This document shows positions 10,914 to 21,845 of a stretch of 64,000 nt of DNA, piece after piece; position 1 is the stretch's first letter, and every line of letters begins with the position of its first letter. This DNA is from Candidatus Bathyarchaeia archaeon (GTDB lineage Archaea > Thermoproteota > Bathyarchaeia > Bathyarchaeales > Bathycorpusculaceae): contig JBEKSS010000012.1 in NCBI GenBank assembly GCA_049516875.1, forward strand, positions 8,758 to 72,757, read 5' to 3'. The notes under the pieces are model-generated. The model was given only the letters and a program-made list of their open reading frames with translations, searched no databases and was not told where the DNA came from. The position numbers and the translations under genes are program-made.

Positions 10914-11618
10914 ATGGGTTCGTTGGCTATGGAAAATGGCATTGGCTACATATTGAAAGTGTCGAATCTTAGTGTTAGGCTTCAGAATCAGACGATTTTG
11001 GACAACGTAAATTTCAAGGTCAAGACGGGAACGACCTTGGCTGTGCTTGGACCTAATGGTGCGGGCAAAACCGTGCTGTTCAGGGCATTGCTGAACCTTG
11101 TGCCCTATAATGGAAAGATTGAATGGGAAGGGAAAGTGAAGATAGGTTACGTGCCTCAAAACATCGCCGTGAGTGACATTCCAATTTCTGTGAAAGAGTT
11201 CTTGTCGTTCAGGAACGGGTTAGAAGTCGCGAGCTGCCTTGAGGCAGTCAGGCTTGACGAAAAAGAGGTGTCAGAAAAGAGATTAGGTATTCTTTCAGGT
11301 GGACAGCTGCGGAGGGTGTTGATTGCCTGGGCTCTAATCGACAACCCCAACGTGCTGCTTTTCGATGAGCCCACGACCGGCGTGGACATCGGTGGCGAAG
11401 AGCCTATTCTCGTTATGCTCAACGAGCTGAAAAAGAGCAAAAAGATGACGATACTCTTGATAACGCATGACGTGCACACCGTCAACGAGTACTCAGACTA
11501 TCTGTTGGCACTGAACAAATGTGTCACGTTTTTCGGAGAGTCAAAGGAAATAATGAACCCGACCGTTCAAAGAACGCTCTACGGCGAAACAGTGTGCGTT
11601 GGGGCACCACAAAGATAG
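10914..11618 (+). CDS. Zn/Mn ABC transporter ATPase (ZnuC-like)
   Basis: GPNGAGKT, GYVPQ, LSGGQ, DEPTTGVD, ITHD. Confidence 0.9.
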   Translation: MGSLAMENGIGYILKVSNLSVRLQNQTILDNVNFKVKTGTTLAVLGPNGAGKTVLFRALLNLVPYNGKIEWEGKVKIGYVPQNIAVSDIPISVKEFLSFRNGLEVASCLEAVRLDEKEVSEKRLGILSGGQLRRVLIAWALIDNPNVLLFDEPTTGVDIGGEEPILVMLNELKKSKKMTILLITHDVHTVNEYSDYLLALNKCVTFFGESKEIMNPTVQRTLYGETVCVGAPQR

Positions 11619-11621
11619 AAG

Positions 11622-12407
11622 GTGACGTTCACGCTGGAGACACTGATTTTTAGCTTATTCATAGGGGTTTCAGTGGGTGTTTCAGCAGGCTATTTAGGTT
11701 CCCTCATGGTCCTAAAGAAAATGGCACTTGTTGGCGATGCATTTTCGCACGTCGCGTTGCCCGGGCTCGCGCTGGGGCTTCTGTTCCATTTCCCCGTTTT
11801 CCTAGGGTCGTTTGCCGTCCTCTTCGTGGCGGCCGTGACTATTTGGTACTTGGGAAGGGTCACGAAATTATCTTTCGAATCCATCGTGGGAGCCACATTC
11901 ACGTTAGCTTTGGCAATAGGAATACTGATGATACCTGACCGATTTGATCTGCTGGAATCTCTTTTCGGCGACATAACCAACGTGACTCTACTGGACGCAA
12001 TAGCAGCAGTAACCATTTCTATTGCAGCGATTCTTCTTACGAAGATGATTTACAAGAAACTCGTCTTAGGTATGATTTCGGAAGAACTGGCAGTCTCGAA
12101 AGGCATTAACGTTTCCAGGACAGATCTTTTGTATCTTCTGCTAGTCTCCCTCGTAGTAGCCACGGGCATAAAAATCGTTGGAAGCCTTTTGGTCGGTTTC
12201 TTAGTCGCGGTTCCCGCGGCATCCGCGAAGAACATAAGTTCCAACCTACTCAAATACGCAGTGATGAGCTCAGCCTTTGGGGCCATCAGCGCCTCCTCAG
12301 GGGTCTTGCTATCAAACTATCTGAACGTGCAATCAGGGCCCATGGTGGTTATCTCTGGAATCACGGTTTTCGCAGTAACAATAGTGCTAAGATGGAAGAC
12401 AAAGTGA
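11622..12407 (+). CDS. Zn/Mn ABC transporter permease (ZnuB-like, ABC-3)
   Basis: GDAFSHVALPG, LFGDI. Confidence 0.9.
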   Translation: MTFTLETLIFSLFIGVSVGVSAGYLGSLMVLKKMALVGDAFSHVALPGLALGLLFHFPVFLGSFAVLFVAAVTIWYLGRVTKLSFESIVGATFTLALAIGILMIPDRFDLLESLFGDITNVTLLDAIAAVTISIAAILLTKMIYKKLVLGMISEELAVSKGINVSRTDLLYLLLVSLVVATGIKIVGSLLVGFLVAVPAASAKNISSNLLKYAVMSSAFGAISASSGVLLSNYLNVQSGPMVVISGITVFAVTIVLRWKTK

Positions 12408-12438
12408 CGCGCACAGTCATTGACTTTTACATTCATTT

Positions 12439-14877
12439 CTACTTCGGATTCCGTTTAAACATCAGGAGCTTCGCAATTTCTCGCCACCCGATAGTGAGAA
12501 GAGCTAAGGCGAAGATCAAGCCAATCTGGCTGGCCGTGAGTGTTGAAAGCTTAAGTTGGACGCCCACAGAAGGCACGGCGACTGCTACGAGCAGGAAGGA
12601 GAAGGCAAGAACGGCCCAGACATCCATCACCCTATTTGACAAGGGACCCACGATGTAAAGCGGTTCGTTCTCTGAACGCATGACGAAGGCAAGGATTATG
12701 TGTCCCATTATCCAAGCGGAGAAGGCGAAAGTCTGTGTTTCAACGTTTGAAAAGCCTTGCCAACGTGCATAAAAGTATGCAAGCATCACGGCTGCGAAGA
12801 GACTTGCCGCAGATATTGCAAGGTCGATTATCATTTTTGAATCAGGGAACTTTGCTTTGGGGTCTCTTGGCTTTCGGTTGTAAATCGTTCTTTCTGCGGG
12901 CTCCGTGACGAATCCAGCAGACGCGGCGAGGTCCATGAATAGTTCGAGAACGATTATTTGTATTGGGGCAAAGGGCAAAGGCACGCCCAGAGCTAGGGGC
13001 AAAAGGAAGATTGAGATTAATGCAGCTTTGACGGCCAGATAGTACTTAAGTCCTTTTCTGAGGTTGTCAAATAACGCGCGGCCTTCAAAGACTGCGTGCC
13101 CGATGGTTACAAAATTGTCGTCAGTCAACACCACATCCGCCGCTTCTTTAGCCGCATCAGTGCCTTTCACGCCCATCGCGATGCCGACATCTGCCCCTTT
13201 TAGGGCCAGCGTGTCGTTGACGCCGTCGCCTGTTACCGCGACAACTTCGTTGTTGGCGTGCAGCGCTTTCACGAGCCGATACTTGTCCTCGGGCGTGGTC
13301 CTTGCAAAAACGGAAACCTCCTTCACGGTTTTCTGCAGTTCCCCATCAGAAAGCTCGTGAAGCTCCTCTCCTGTTAGAACCTTCTCCGAGGGGATGCTGA
13401 CGCTTTCTGCAATGTAGGCGGCGGTTTGTGGGTGATCGCCAGTGACCATGATCGTCCTGATCCCTGCTTTGTTAATGGCCTCTATGGTTTCCTTGACGCC
13501 TTGGCGCGGGGGATCTTCAATCGAGACCAGACCGACGAAGTCCCAGTTTCTCTCCAACTCTGAAAAGGGCATGTCTACTTCTTCAGCGGATATGGCTTTT
13601 TCTGCAACGGCGATTACTCTTCTCCCTTTCGCTGTTTCTTCTTTGAGCTCTTCGTCAAGAGGCCCGTTGCTGCTTGGTGAGCCTAATATTCCCTCAGGCG
13701 CTCCAACAGTCGAGAGCCAGTGCCCCCCATTTCCCGCGCGCAAGACGGATTTGGTCCGTTTGTTGATGTCAAAACCGCGTTCGCGTAGAATTCTTCCCAG
13801 GCTCGTTTTGACTCCGAGTTCGCGGATTTTTTCCAGAACTGCCTTGTCAGTTGGGGACAGTGACATTTCAGTTAAGGCAGCCGCAGCTGCTCCAAGCGTT
13901 CTGGCCTCTTCTTTCCGCGGATAGACCTGAGCAACTTGCATCTTGTTCTCAGTGATTGTTCCTGTCTTGTCAGTAACTATGACGGTTGCGTCGCCAAGAA
14001 CTTCTGCAGCTTTAAGCTTCTTAACCAAGAAACCTTTCTGCGAAAGCCTGTAAGAGCCTAATCCCAAAATCATCGTGATTATGATTGGCAATTCTTCAGG
14101 GATGGCTGCAAACGCAAGGGCAAGCCCTGTCAAGACCAGCTGGGCAAGATTCTGCGAACCGAAGCGCAAGACGCCTATGAGCGGTATGATCACACTGAAG
14201 AATATGGCAACGTAAGCAAGGGTTTTCGAGAGTGCCTTCATCGCCAATTGTAATGGTGTCTTGGGAGGTTTGATCATCTGGGCCATGGCGGAAATCTTGC
14301 CGAATCTAGTGTTTCTGCCGGTGGCGTGTGCTTCTCCTTTTCCTTCGCCCGAAACTATCAGAGTTCCGGCATAAACGTCGTCTCCGACCTTTTTCTCTTG
14401 AGGAAGGGACTCGCCTGTCAGAACTGACTCATCAACTTGCACGTCATAGCCCACGTCAAGTTTGCAGTCAGCGGCGATCCGTGTGCCCTCAGTGAAAACC
14501 AGAACGTCGCCGGGAACCACTTTCTCAGTCTCAACCTCAACTATCGTGCCGTCCCGCGCAACTCTGGTTTTCGGGGCAGCCAGCTCAGAAAGCGCGGATA
14601 TGGCTTTCTTGGCGCGGTATTCGTTCCAGATTTCAACAAAAACCAGCACGAAGATAACGCTGAAGATTGTCAGAGCATCTTGCAAGCTTCCCAAGACCGT
14701 GTAGACTACACCCACAAAAAGCAACAGCAGTATCATAGGTTCGGCGACTTCTTCTTTAGCGATGCCGAGGAAACTTGTCTTCTGAGGTTCAGAAAGCTGG
14801 TTTGGCCCTGCCTGCTCAAGCCTCCTCGCAGCTTCGACTTGAGAAAGTCCCTTTGACTCTCCGCCAGAGCTTTCCAT
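12439..14877 (-). CDS. Cation-transporting P-type ATPase (type II)
   Basis: TGES, IPEELP, DKTGT, TGD, GDGVND. Confidence 0.92.
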   Translation of the reverse strand: MESSGGESKGLSQVEAARRLEQAGPNQLSEPQKTSFLGIAKEEVAEPMILLLLFVGVVYTVLGSLQDALTIFSVIFVLVFVEIWNEYRAKKAISALSELAAPKTRVARDGTIVEVETEKVVPGDVLVFTEGTRIAADCKLDVGYDVQVDESVLTGESLPQEKKVGDDVYAGTLIVSGEGKGEAHATGRNTRFGKISAMAQMIKPPKTPLQLAMKALSKTLAYVAIFFSVIIPLIGVLRFGSQNLAQLVLTGLALAFAAIPEELPIIITMILGLGSYRLSQKGFLVKKLKAAEVLGDATVIVTDKTGTITENKMQVAQVYPRKEEARTLGAAAAALTEMSLSPTDKAVLEKIRELGVKTSLGRILRERGFDINKRTKSVLRAGNGGHWLSTVGAPEGILGSPSSNGPLDEELKEETAKGRRVIAVAEKAISAEEVDMPFSELERNWDFVGLVSIEDPPRQGVKETIEAINKAGIRTIMVTGDHPQTAAYIAESVSIPSEKVLTGEELHELSDGELQKTVKEVSVFARTTPEDKYRLVKALHANNEVVAVTGDGVNDTLALKGADVGIAMGVKGTDAAKEAADVVLTDDNFVTIGHAVFEGRALFDNLRKGLKYYLAVKAALISIFLLPLALGVPLPFAPIQIIVLELFMDLAASAGFVTEPAERTIYNRKPRDPKAKFPDSKMIIDLAISAASLFAAVMLAYFYARWQGFSNVETQTFAFSAWIMGHIILAFVMRSENEPLYIVGPLSNRVMDVWAVLAFSFLLVAVAVPSVGVQLKLSTLTASQIGLIFALALLTIGWREIAKLLMFKRNPK

Positions 14878-14937
14878 AATTCGCTTTAAGCCAGTTCCAA
14901 TTTTTAAGAGTTTGTACCTTAAAGCGCGCTAAGTCAC

Positions 14938-15000
14938 TTGTTACAATTGACGCACTTTCCAACATTGCCTTAAGGAGCTTCAAGTTACAATTTGTTACAA
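14938..15000. promoter_or_regulatory. Candidate operator: GTTACAA x3 upstream of the P-type ATPase
   Basis: TTGTTACAA at 14938 and 14992, GTTACAA at 14984. Confidence 0.3.
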
Positions 15001-15190
15001 AAACGTCGTCGTCAAAAAAAATAGTTTGTCCTCAGAGCCTTCATTGCAGCTCTTGGACTTCTTATTCTCTCGGTTTCTGAGAGCCTTTTGTTACAGGTCG
15101 GCAATCACGCGCGCGAGTTCCGTGTCAGTCCTCGATTTCTTCGCAGTGTCCGCCCTTCTCAAACTGGCATCGGCGTGCAAGGCCGGATTT

Positions 15191-15220
15191 AAACCATTTT
15201 TAACCATTTTTAACCATTTT
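15191..15220. repeat. 10-bp tandem repeat x3
   Basis: AAACCATTTT TAACCATTTT TAACCATTTT. Confidence 0.85.
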
Positions 15221-15323
15221 AGAAACACGCATGCGCGCTGATTTCTTTCCCTTTCTTGTCCTGATTGAAATTGATTTATAAGTATTCAGGGTTACAGAAA
15301 AAGAGAAATGAGGGTGATAAAAC

Positions 15324-15602
15324 GTGAAAATACAAATCGAGTTTGAAGATAAATGGGCTGTAATTTTGATCATGTTTCTGACGATAGTGGGTTGGATAGT
15401 CTCGTTTAGTCTAATCTATACTACCTATTATTTATCCACTGGTCAAGACCCGCTTAGCTGGACTGCGGGTTGGATGCCGCCTTGGGTTCATGATATTATA
15501 GCATATGTGGGCAAAAATGGTGGCTATTTTTCTGTTATAGGCAGCACAATTGTTGGCACAATCATAGCCGTGATTATTTGGAGAGGTCATAAAGGAAGAT
15601 AA
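15324..15602 (+). CDS. AT-rich small membrane protein
   Basis: SD GAGGGTGA before GTG; two TM segments. Confidence 0.65.
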   Translation: MKIQIEFEDKWAVILIMFLTIVGWIVSFSLIYTTYYLSTGQDPLSWTAGWMPPWVHDIIAYVGKNGGYFSVIGSTIVGTIIAVIIWRGHKGR

Positions 15603-15823
15603 AAACAGTGACGCCTTAACACGCCCAAACCTGAACCAACTGCAATTGCTTTTTCATGATACTGAAAGTTTAACTTAGCTTGATGAAAATACTGACAGAA
15701 CGAATTCATATGCCGGTTGAAATTGAGATAGTCGGGGTCGATAAGCTTTTTCATTATGCGCGCGCTTGAACAATGGGGAGTCTTGAGTCCCTCCGATAGT
15801 TCGTTGAAAACAAGAATGAGTGT

Positions 15824-16675
15824 TTACTCAACTCTTTTTCGCTTCAGGCTCGTAACTGCCGCTGAAAACTTCTCTTCCACATCCTCGAATGAACTGCCCA
15901 GGATCTTTATATTCTCTAGGTTGCCTTCTCCGAGACCTCTTTTCACAGCCTCGTGCAGCACCGGCATCTTTTCAGGTTTCAAGCCTGCTAGAACTGCTCC
16001 AACCGTTTCCACTGCAATCGCGTCTCTGCCAACCAGAAGAGTGTTCATCTTCACCCGGTATTTTGCACGCTCTGATGCAGCAGGCGGCCTGGCGCCTGGT
16101 CCTCTGTAAAGGAATGTGCCGTCAATTACCGCCAAGTCTATTCCGCCTATCGCTTCGTAGATGTCGGGCAGAAGCTTGTCCAGTTTCTTGTGGAACTTTG
16201 CCTTCTTCGGGTCTGGAACCAAGCCGAAAAGGTTCTTCAAAACGCTTCCTCTTTCGAACCCTCGCAGCACGTGGGAGCTCACGAAAACGTTGGGTTTGAA
16301 GAGTATGTGCGAAAGACGCATTTCTTCATCCGCCAGTTTGACTTTCTTCGTCTCCGTATCATCTGACAGGTTGAAGGGCACGACGCGTTCCGAGAAGAGC
16401 TCCTTCCAGATTTGAAGCCTTTCAGAACCCTTTCCCCTGTAGTTGTCTGATTCGGCCAAGAAAATCTGCGGAGCCTTGCTGAAACCCCTGATGATAGCAT
16501 CAACCACGCTGACAGTCGTGTGATTCTCATCTTCAGGATCGAAGACCCCGACCTTAATGACCACAGAACGCTTAGACGTGTTCAGATCATCTATTCTTCC
16601 TATGAGCTCAAGCGCCCGCTCAAAGGATTTCTGAACACTCCCTTCAAACTCTACTACCGCAACTTTGGACCCCAT
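15824..16675 (-). CDS. DUF362 family protein
   Basis: VVIK..TT..VV.A..ES, LKNLFG, DG, D.IAVE; SD GGAGGG before ATG 16675. Confidence 0.75.
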   Translation of the reverse strand: MGSKVAVVEFEGSVQKSFERALELIGRIDDLNTSKRSVVIKVGVFDPEDENHTTVSVVDAIIRGFSKAPQIFLAESDNYRGKGSERLQIWKELFSERVVPFNLSDDTETKKVKLADEEMRLSHILFKPNVFVSSHVLRGFERGSVLKNLFGLVPDPKKAKFHKKLDKLLPDIYEAIGGIDLAVIDGTFLYRGPGARPPAASERAKYRVKMNTLLVGRDAIAVETVGAVLAGLKPEKMPVLHEAVKRGLGEGNLENIKILGSSFEDVEEKFSAAVTSLKRKRVE

Positions 16676-16865
16676 AAACGTGCCCTCCTCCTCTCTCTCA
16701 CGAACGTTGGAAGATAACTCTTTCCGAATCCTAGAACAAAAATGTGTTCCCACGGGCAACTCTAGTTACCGAAAGGAAAAATCCTTGCTCAGAAAGTAGT
16801 CCACAATGTTCCACAGTTCGCACGCGCAAAATTGCATGTTTCTCTTTGATCGTTAGTCTGCGACG

Positions 16866-18296
16866 CTAGGTGATGCTACGGAGGTTTCCTACGATTCCGC
16901 CTAGGCGGGTAAGGTTGTTCACGACGGTTCTGACGCGATAGGGACTTTTGATCAGTCTCGCCATTTGCTTTGAAACAAAGCTTGGCCGTCGGGCAAAGTG
17001 GTAGAAGCCATCATGAACCATCCACCTTATTTCGTTGTAAGGCACTGCTGTAGGGCATATCTCTGAGACTGCAATTCCTGTCTCCCAGTAATCGCCGCCT
17101 TTCAGAAGGCCCTTGGCTTCGAACTCGTCCCAAATCTCCGTTCCAGGGTAAACTCCGAGAATGTTGAACTGCGGTATATCTATCGGAATTCTGCTTGCAA
17201 ACTCTATTGTGTTCCGAATTTCTTCCCTAGTCTCATCGGGCGCACCGACGATGAAAGATCCGACTATCACGTCAGCTCCCGCCTTTCTGGCTGTTCTTAC
17301 AGCAGTTCGGGACTGTTCAGGCGTTATCCGCTTGTTGTAGTAGTCCAGAATTCTCTGATTGGCACTTTCGATGCCAAAATAAAGGATCTTGCAGCCTGCT
17401 CTAGCGGTTTCCCAGAACATCTCGTAAGAGCCACTGTCGACTCTTCCTTCGCATATCCACTCCATGTCCAGCTTTTCCCTTCTCATCTCCCTGCAAAGCC
17501 TTATCACGTTCTTCGGGTTGCCAGTGAAATTGTCATCAACAAAGATGAACTGCTTGTACCCCTCCGAAGCAAGAAAAAGGAGTTCTTCCATAGTGTTCTT
17601 GACGGATCTGGGTCTCCACCTGTTGTGGGCGAACTGTGTGCAGCAACAGAACCGACAACGGTAAACGCAGCCGCGTGAAGAAACAATACTGGTGAACTTT
17701 CTCGGCGCCACGTTGGCTCCTGCCATCACGGAATGATAGTCTTCACTAACAAGTGAACGATCCGGGAAAGGAAGACTGTCCAAATCCTTTATCAGAGGAC
17801 TGTCGGCTGTGGAGGCCAATCCACTTTCATTCCTGAAGTTGATTCCGAGAACGTCCTTCAGTCTTCCCTTGTGCTTGACACAATCGACCAAGTCGATGAC
17901 CGTTCGTTCTCCTTCGCCGCGCACGATGATGTCAACTGAAAGATACTTTCTCAGAACTCTTTCTGGATTAAATGTGGCGTAATAATTCCCCAAAACCACG
18001 GTAATATTCGGGTTCTCCTTTTTGACCTCACGACTTATCAGCGCGGCTGTACGGCCGGAAGTTGCAAATGTTGAAAACCCCAGAATATCCGGGTTCTCAG
18101 CCTTCACCCATTTTACCGTTTCTCTAATCGTGAGACCTTTCGCCGCCTGATCCAGTACAGAGACCTCGACGCCCTTATCCTCCAGTACCGCAGCCAAATA
18201 CAGGATCCCCAGAGGAGGCCATGCGCCAACGGACTTTTTCCCTTCACGCTCATCAAGATCCGAGTTTGGACCAGCATTGACGAAAGAGAATTTCAT
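16866..18296 (-). CDS. B12-binding radical SAM protein
   Basis: PPLGILYLAA, RGEGE, SRGCVYRCRFC, GIES. Confidence 0.93.
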   Translation of the reverse strand: MKFSFVNAGPNSDLDEREGKKSVGAWPPLGILYLAAVLEDKGVEVSVLDQAAKGLTIRETVKWVKAENPDILGFSTFATSGRTAALISREVKKENPNITVVLGNYYATFNPERVLRKYLSVDIIVRGEGERTVIDLVDCVKHKGRLKDVLGINFRNESGLASTADSPLIKDLDSLPFPDRSLVSEDYHSVMAGANVAPRKFTSIVSSRGCVYRCRFCCCTQFAHNRWRPRSVKNTMEELLFLASEGYKQFIFVDDNFTGNPKNVIRLCREMRREKLDMEWICEGRVDSGSYEMFWETARAGCKILYFGIESANQRILDYYNKRITPEQSRTAVRTARKAGADVIVGSFIVGAPDETREEIRNTIEFASRIPIDIPQFNILGVYPGTEIWDEFEAKGLLKGGDYWETGIAVSEICPTAVPYNEIRWMVHDGFYHFARRPSFVSKQMARLIKSPYRVRTVVNNLTRLGGIVGNLRSIT

Positions 18297-18417
18297 GCCT
18301 CGACCTCACTCCGCCTAAATCTTCATTGAATAATACTATTATTGCTTTCGATAATCAACGTTTTGAGCTTGCGCAGGCGACCCAACTGAGCTGCATCTTC
18401 TTGATAACAGGCGCTGT

Positions 18418-19275
18418 TTATCTCAGACTTTCCATTAGCGCCTGCAAGCCGCTTGATGCAAGAACCAACAGCTCCAACGTTTTGTACGCTTCCGCCATGC
18501 CTTTGGCTGTGTACTCGACCCTTAATCCGTCGATTCTTCTGATGCTGGGCAACAGTTCGGCAGCATCCGCATACTGGCTTGCCAAGAAGGTTATCCCCAT
18601 TTTCACGGGTTTCTTGGCTACCAACAGTTCGAGTTTGCCCTTTTTCTGCGCAGCTACTGCCCTTCTGACAGCTACTCGCAGTTCCTTCTCGATACTAACC
18701 ATGCTTGCGCTCTTTGCTGAAAGCCGACTCAGAGAGGTTTTCAAGGCCACGGTCTCAGCCCACGGCGCGTATCTCCTGACATCATCCTCCAGAAGCTGAG
18801 CCTCACCGGCAACCAAAGCAACGGGAACGCCTAGCTCTCCGGCAACGTACGCGTTGAGTAGGAATTCGCTGGCGGCTACTCCGTTTACTTCCACGAGGTT
18901 TATGCTCGCACTGCTGTAAGTGTGGTCAAAGGTTGATTTTGCGGTCCCGAATTTCGCGTGGTACCCGAGGAACATCGCTGTTTTGCAGCCTTCAATCCCT
19001 GAGACCATGCTTAATGGACGAGGAAAACCTCTCACGATTTCCACGTACTCGGGCAAGTCTTCGACTAGAAGATTAACCATGGGCCCGTGACTATCGGCAA
19101 TTACGATTTTTTCGAAACCGTTTTTGTTCAGCTCCTCTGCCGCAATCAACGTGATCTTGGTGGCGATTCTTCTTGCCTCATCATACAATGAACCCTTCAA
19201 GTTCAAGTGACCCGGGATGACAATGTAAGGCATGCCCTCGAGATCAACTGAAATGAAAGCCTTCATAAAACTCAC
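18418..19275 (-). CDS. dppA: Peptidase M55 D-aminopeptidase
   Basis: ISVDLEG, DSHG, GYHA, HTY. Confidence 0.88.
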   Translation of the reverse strand: MSFMKAFISVDLEGMPYIVIPGHLNLKGSLYDEARRIATKITLIAAEELNKNGFEKIVIADSHGPMVNLLVEDLPEYVEIVRGFPRPLSMVSGIEGCKTAMFLGYHAKFGTAKSTFDHTYSSASINLVEVNGVAASEFLLNAYVAGELGVPVALVAGEAQLLEDDVRRYAPWAETVALKTSLSRLSAKSASMVSIEKELRVAVRRAVAAQKKGKLELLVAKKPVKMGITFLASQYADAAELLPSIRRIDGLRVEYTAKGMAEAYKTLELLVLASSGLQALMESLR

Positions 19276-19461
19276 TCAATACAGTTGCATGAGAATGCGA
19301 TTTAAGAATTACTATTTCTCCGACAGCCAATGTGATTGCGCACCTTTGCAGACTCAAACTCAAGAGGCAATGTTGCCTAGACCTATGCTGATTTTTCAAA
19401 GATTCTTTTTTATACAAGCAGTGTGCGTAATAGATTCGGAGTGTGCTGTGAAGGGATTTCG

Positions 19462-19890
19462 ATGGCAGGGATGTTGACGGTTAGAGAGGTAATGACGCGC
19501 GATGTGAAGGTCGTCAGAGAAGACACAAGCATGCAAGAAGTGGTTGCCACAATGATAAAATTCGACATAAGCAGCGTGATTGTTGTTCAGAAGGAGAGAC
19601 CTATTGGACTGATAACTCACAAGGACATTTTGACCAAAGTGCTTCAACCGGAATTTGTTCCCGCTACACTGACCGCGAGGAACATCATGTCCACGAACCT
19701 CACCACAATAGGAGAAGAGGCCAGTTTGGAAGAGGCAGCGAAACTTATGGCCAAGAAGAGATTCAAAAAACTGCCAGTAGTGCGAGACGGCAAGGTCATC
19801 GGCATAATCACAAGCACGGACATTGCCAGGGAAGAGCCTAGACTAACAAAGCTTTTTGAGGATCTTCTGAAATATTGCCCTAAACGCTGA
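19462..19890 (+). CDS. CBS-pair protein
   Basis: VREVMT, GLITHKD, LPVV..GIITSTD. Confidence 0.9.
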   Translation: MAGMLTVREVMTRDVKVVREDTSMQEVVATMIKFDISSVIVVQKERPIGLITHKDILTKVLQPEFVPATLTARNIMSTNLTTIGEEASLEEAAKLMAKKRFKKLPVVRDGKVIGIITSTDIAREEPRLTKLFEDLLKYCPKR

Positions 19891-19907
19891 AAAGGCGCGC
19901 GTTAACA

Positions 19908-21356
19908 CTACTCCATAGGAAGGTTGTAGTGTTCTTCTATCATGTGATGGTACTGGTCCACCGGCATGCGAGAGGCGAACGCTCTTTGCACAACTTCGCT
20001 CAGGGCGGGGTGAATGTGCATTCCTTCGATTATTGGCTCTGCGCTTTGGGTAGGAGTGTACATGAGGGTTATTATCTCTTGGATGAGGATGGATGCGTAT
20101 GGTCCGATGATGTGTGCACCCAGGATCTTCGTTGTAGTCGACTCGACTATAACCTTGGCGAAGTAGTCTTTTACGCTCATGGCCAATCCTTTGGCGGTGT
20201 CTTCATATCTTTGGATTCCGATTAGGAGGTTGCTCTTGCCGTATTTCTCTGCTGCTTCTCTTTCTTTGAGTCCGACGCTGGCAATCTCTGGATAGGTGAA
20301 AACGGCGTGCGGCACGGCGTGATAGTCGACTTTGATGCCTCTTTTCTGCACAGCGTTGTAATACACTAACATTGCTTCGTAGTTGGCCACGTGTTTGAAG
20401 AGGTATTTGCCGTCGGCATCCCCTAAGGCCCAAACGTTTGGCTGCGACGTTTCCAAATATTCATTGGCAACTATCCATCCGTTTTCATCCGTTCGAATTC
20501 CAGCTCTTTCTGGGTGAAGTATGTCCGTGTTCGGGCCTCTTCCTGACGCGACCAGTATTTCTTCTGCGGTTATCTCTGCTTCTTTTCCGGTCTCTCTGTT
20601 AACAGCAACCAGTTTTTTCTTACCGGCTGAAGTGTTCTCGACGCTGCGCACTTCGTGGTTCGTGATTATCGTGATGTGCTTCTGCAACTCTCTTCTTGCG
20701 AGCGCCGACACCTCGGGCTCTTCTTCAGGAATGAACTGGGGATTCCTGCCGACGACAGTGACCTTTGATCCCATGGCGGAAAAGAAGTAGCCGTACTCTG
20801 CTGCGATGTATCCTCCGCCGATGATGGCGATGCTTTTTGGCAACTGATCCATCTTGAGGACGGTGTCGCTGGTGTGATATCTGACGTTTTCCAAGCCTTT
20901 TATTGCTGGGATTACGGGTTTTGATCCTGTGCACAGGATAATCATCTTTGACTTTACCGTTTCTTTGCCGACCTTCAAGGTGTATGGAGCAACGAATTCG
21001 GCTACGGTGTTGTAGTAGTCCAAGTTTTTGGTATGAGTGAGTCCTCGTCGCATTCCGTTTATGTCTGCATAAATGAGCGTTCTCATTCTCTCCATGACTG
21101 CTCGAAAATCAACGTTTTTCATCTCAACGGATATTCCAAACTCCCCTGCCCTTTCAATCGTCCTCACCAACTCGGCAGGGTACAGCAGGATCTTGGAAGG
21201 AATGCAACCGCGGGTCAGGCATATTCCACCAGGCTCGTCTTTATCTATCACCGCAACCTTCATGTCAGGGTTATCTTGTTCCATGGCGTTCACTATTTCC
21301 ATGGCAGAGCCTGAACCTATTACGATGAGGTCGTAGTCTTTCGTACTAAACACCAT
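19908..21356 (-). CDS. Dihydrolipoamide dehydrogenase/mycothione reductase-family flavoprotein
   Basis: GSGS, GGICLTRGCIPSK, GGGYI, HIHPALSE. Confidence 0.9.
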   Translation of the reverse strand: MVFSTKDYDLIVIGSGSAMEIVNAMEQDNPDMKVAVIDKDEPGGICLTRGCIPSKILLYPAELVRTIERAGEFGISVEMKNVDFRAVMERMRTLIYADINGMRRGLTHTKNLDYYNTVAEFVAPYTLKVGKETVKSKMIILCTGSKPVIPAIKGLENVRYHTSDTVLKMDQLPKSIAIIGGGYIAAEYGYFFSAMGSKVTVVGRNPQFIPEEEPEVSALARRELQKHITIITNHEVRSVENTSAGKKKLVAVNRETGKEAEITAEEILVASGRGPNTDILHPERAGIRTDENGWIVANEYLETSQPNVWALGDADGKYLFKHVANYEAMLVYYNAVQKRGIKVDYHAVPHAVFTYPEIASVGLKEREAAEKYGKSNLLIGIQRYEDTAKGLAMSVKDYFAKVIVESTTTKILGAHIIGPYASILIQEIITLMYTPTQSAEPIIEGMHIHPALSEVVQRAFASRMPVDQYHHMIEEHYNLPME

Positions 21357-21845
21357 CCGCGCGCGTAGCTTGCCAGAGATTAGGAAGGAAAATGTAATAA
21401 GTCTAACCTTTGAGTGCGAGTTTTGATGGCGAAACGCTGGCAGAGTCTAGTTGTTTCGTGAGTATTTTCCAAATTTCGATGCTAAATTGTTTATTCGGCA
21501 AAGAGGCTCTTGGTGGGGCCGTGTTGGCTTGGACTCGCGTCCAAATCTTGCAATGGCGGTTTACAGAAAAATGATAAGCCGTTTGGTAAGAAATCGCGTG
21601 CGGACTTTAACCTGTATGGGTGTAGGGACCATACGAGCCTGGTTCCATAGAGTTTTAGACCCCCTCGTGTTAAGAAAAGGCAAGAAGCTCAACGATGACT
21701 GCGTTCATTGGAATGAAGCGAAAGATATTAAGAAGGCGTTCCGCAAATGCTGTGATGGCCACCATAGCAAGCCTTAAAAGGTTTTAGAGCAACTTGATTT
21801 ATCGAATCCAAAGACAGATTCGACTGACAAAATGAAAAAGAGAGG

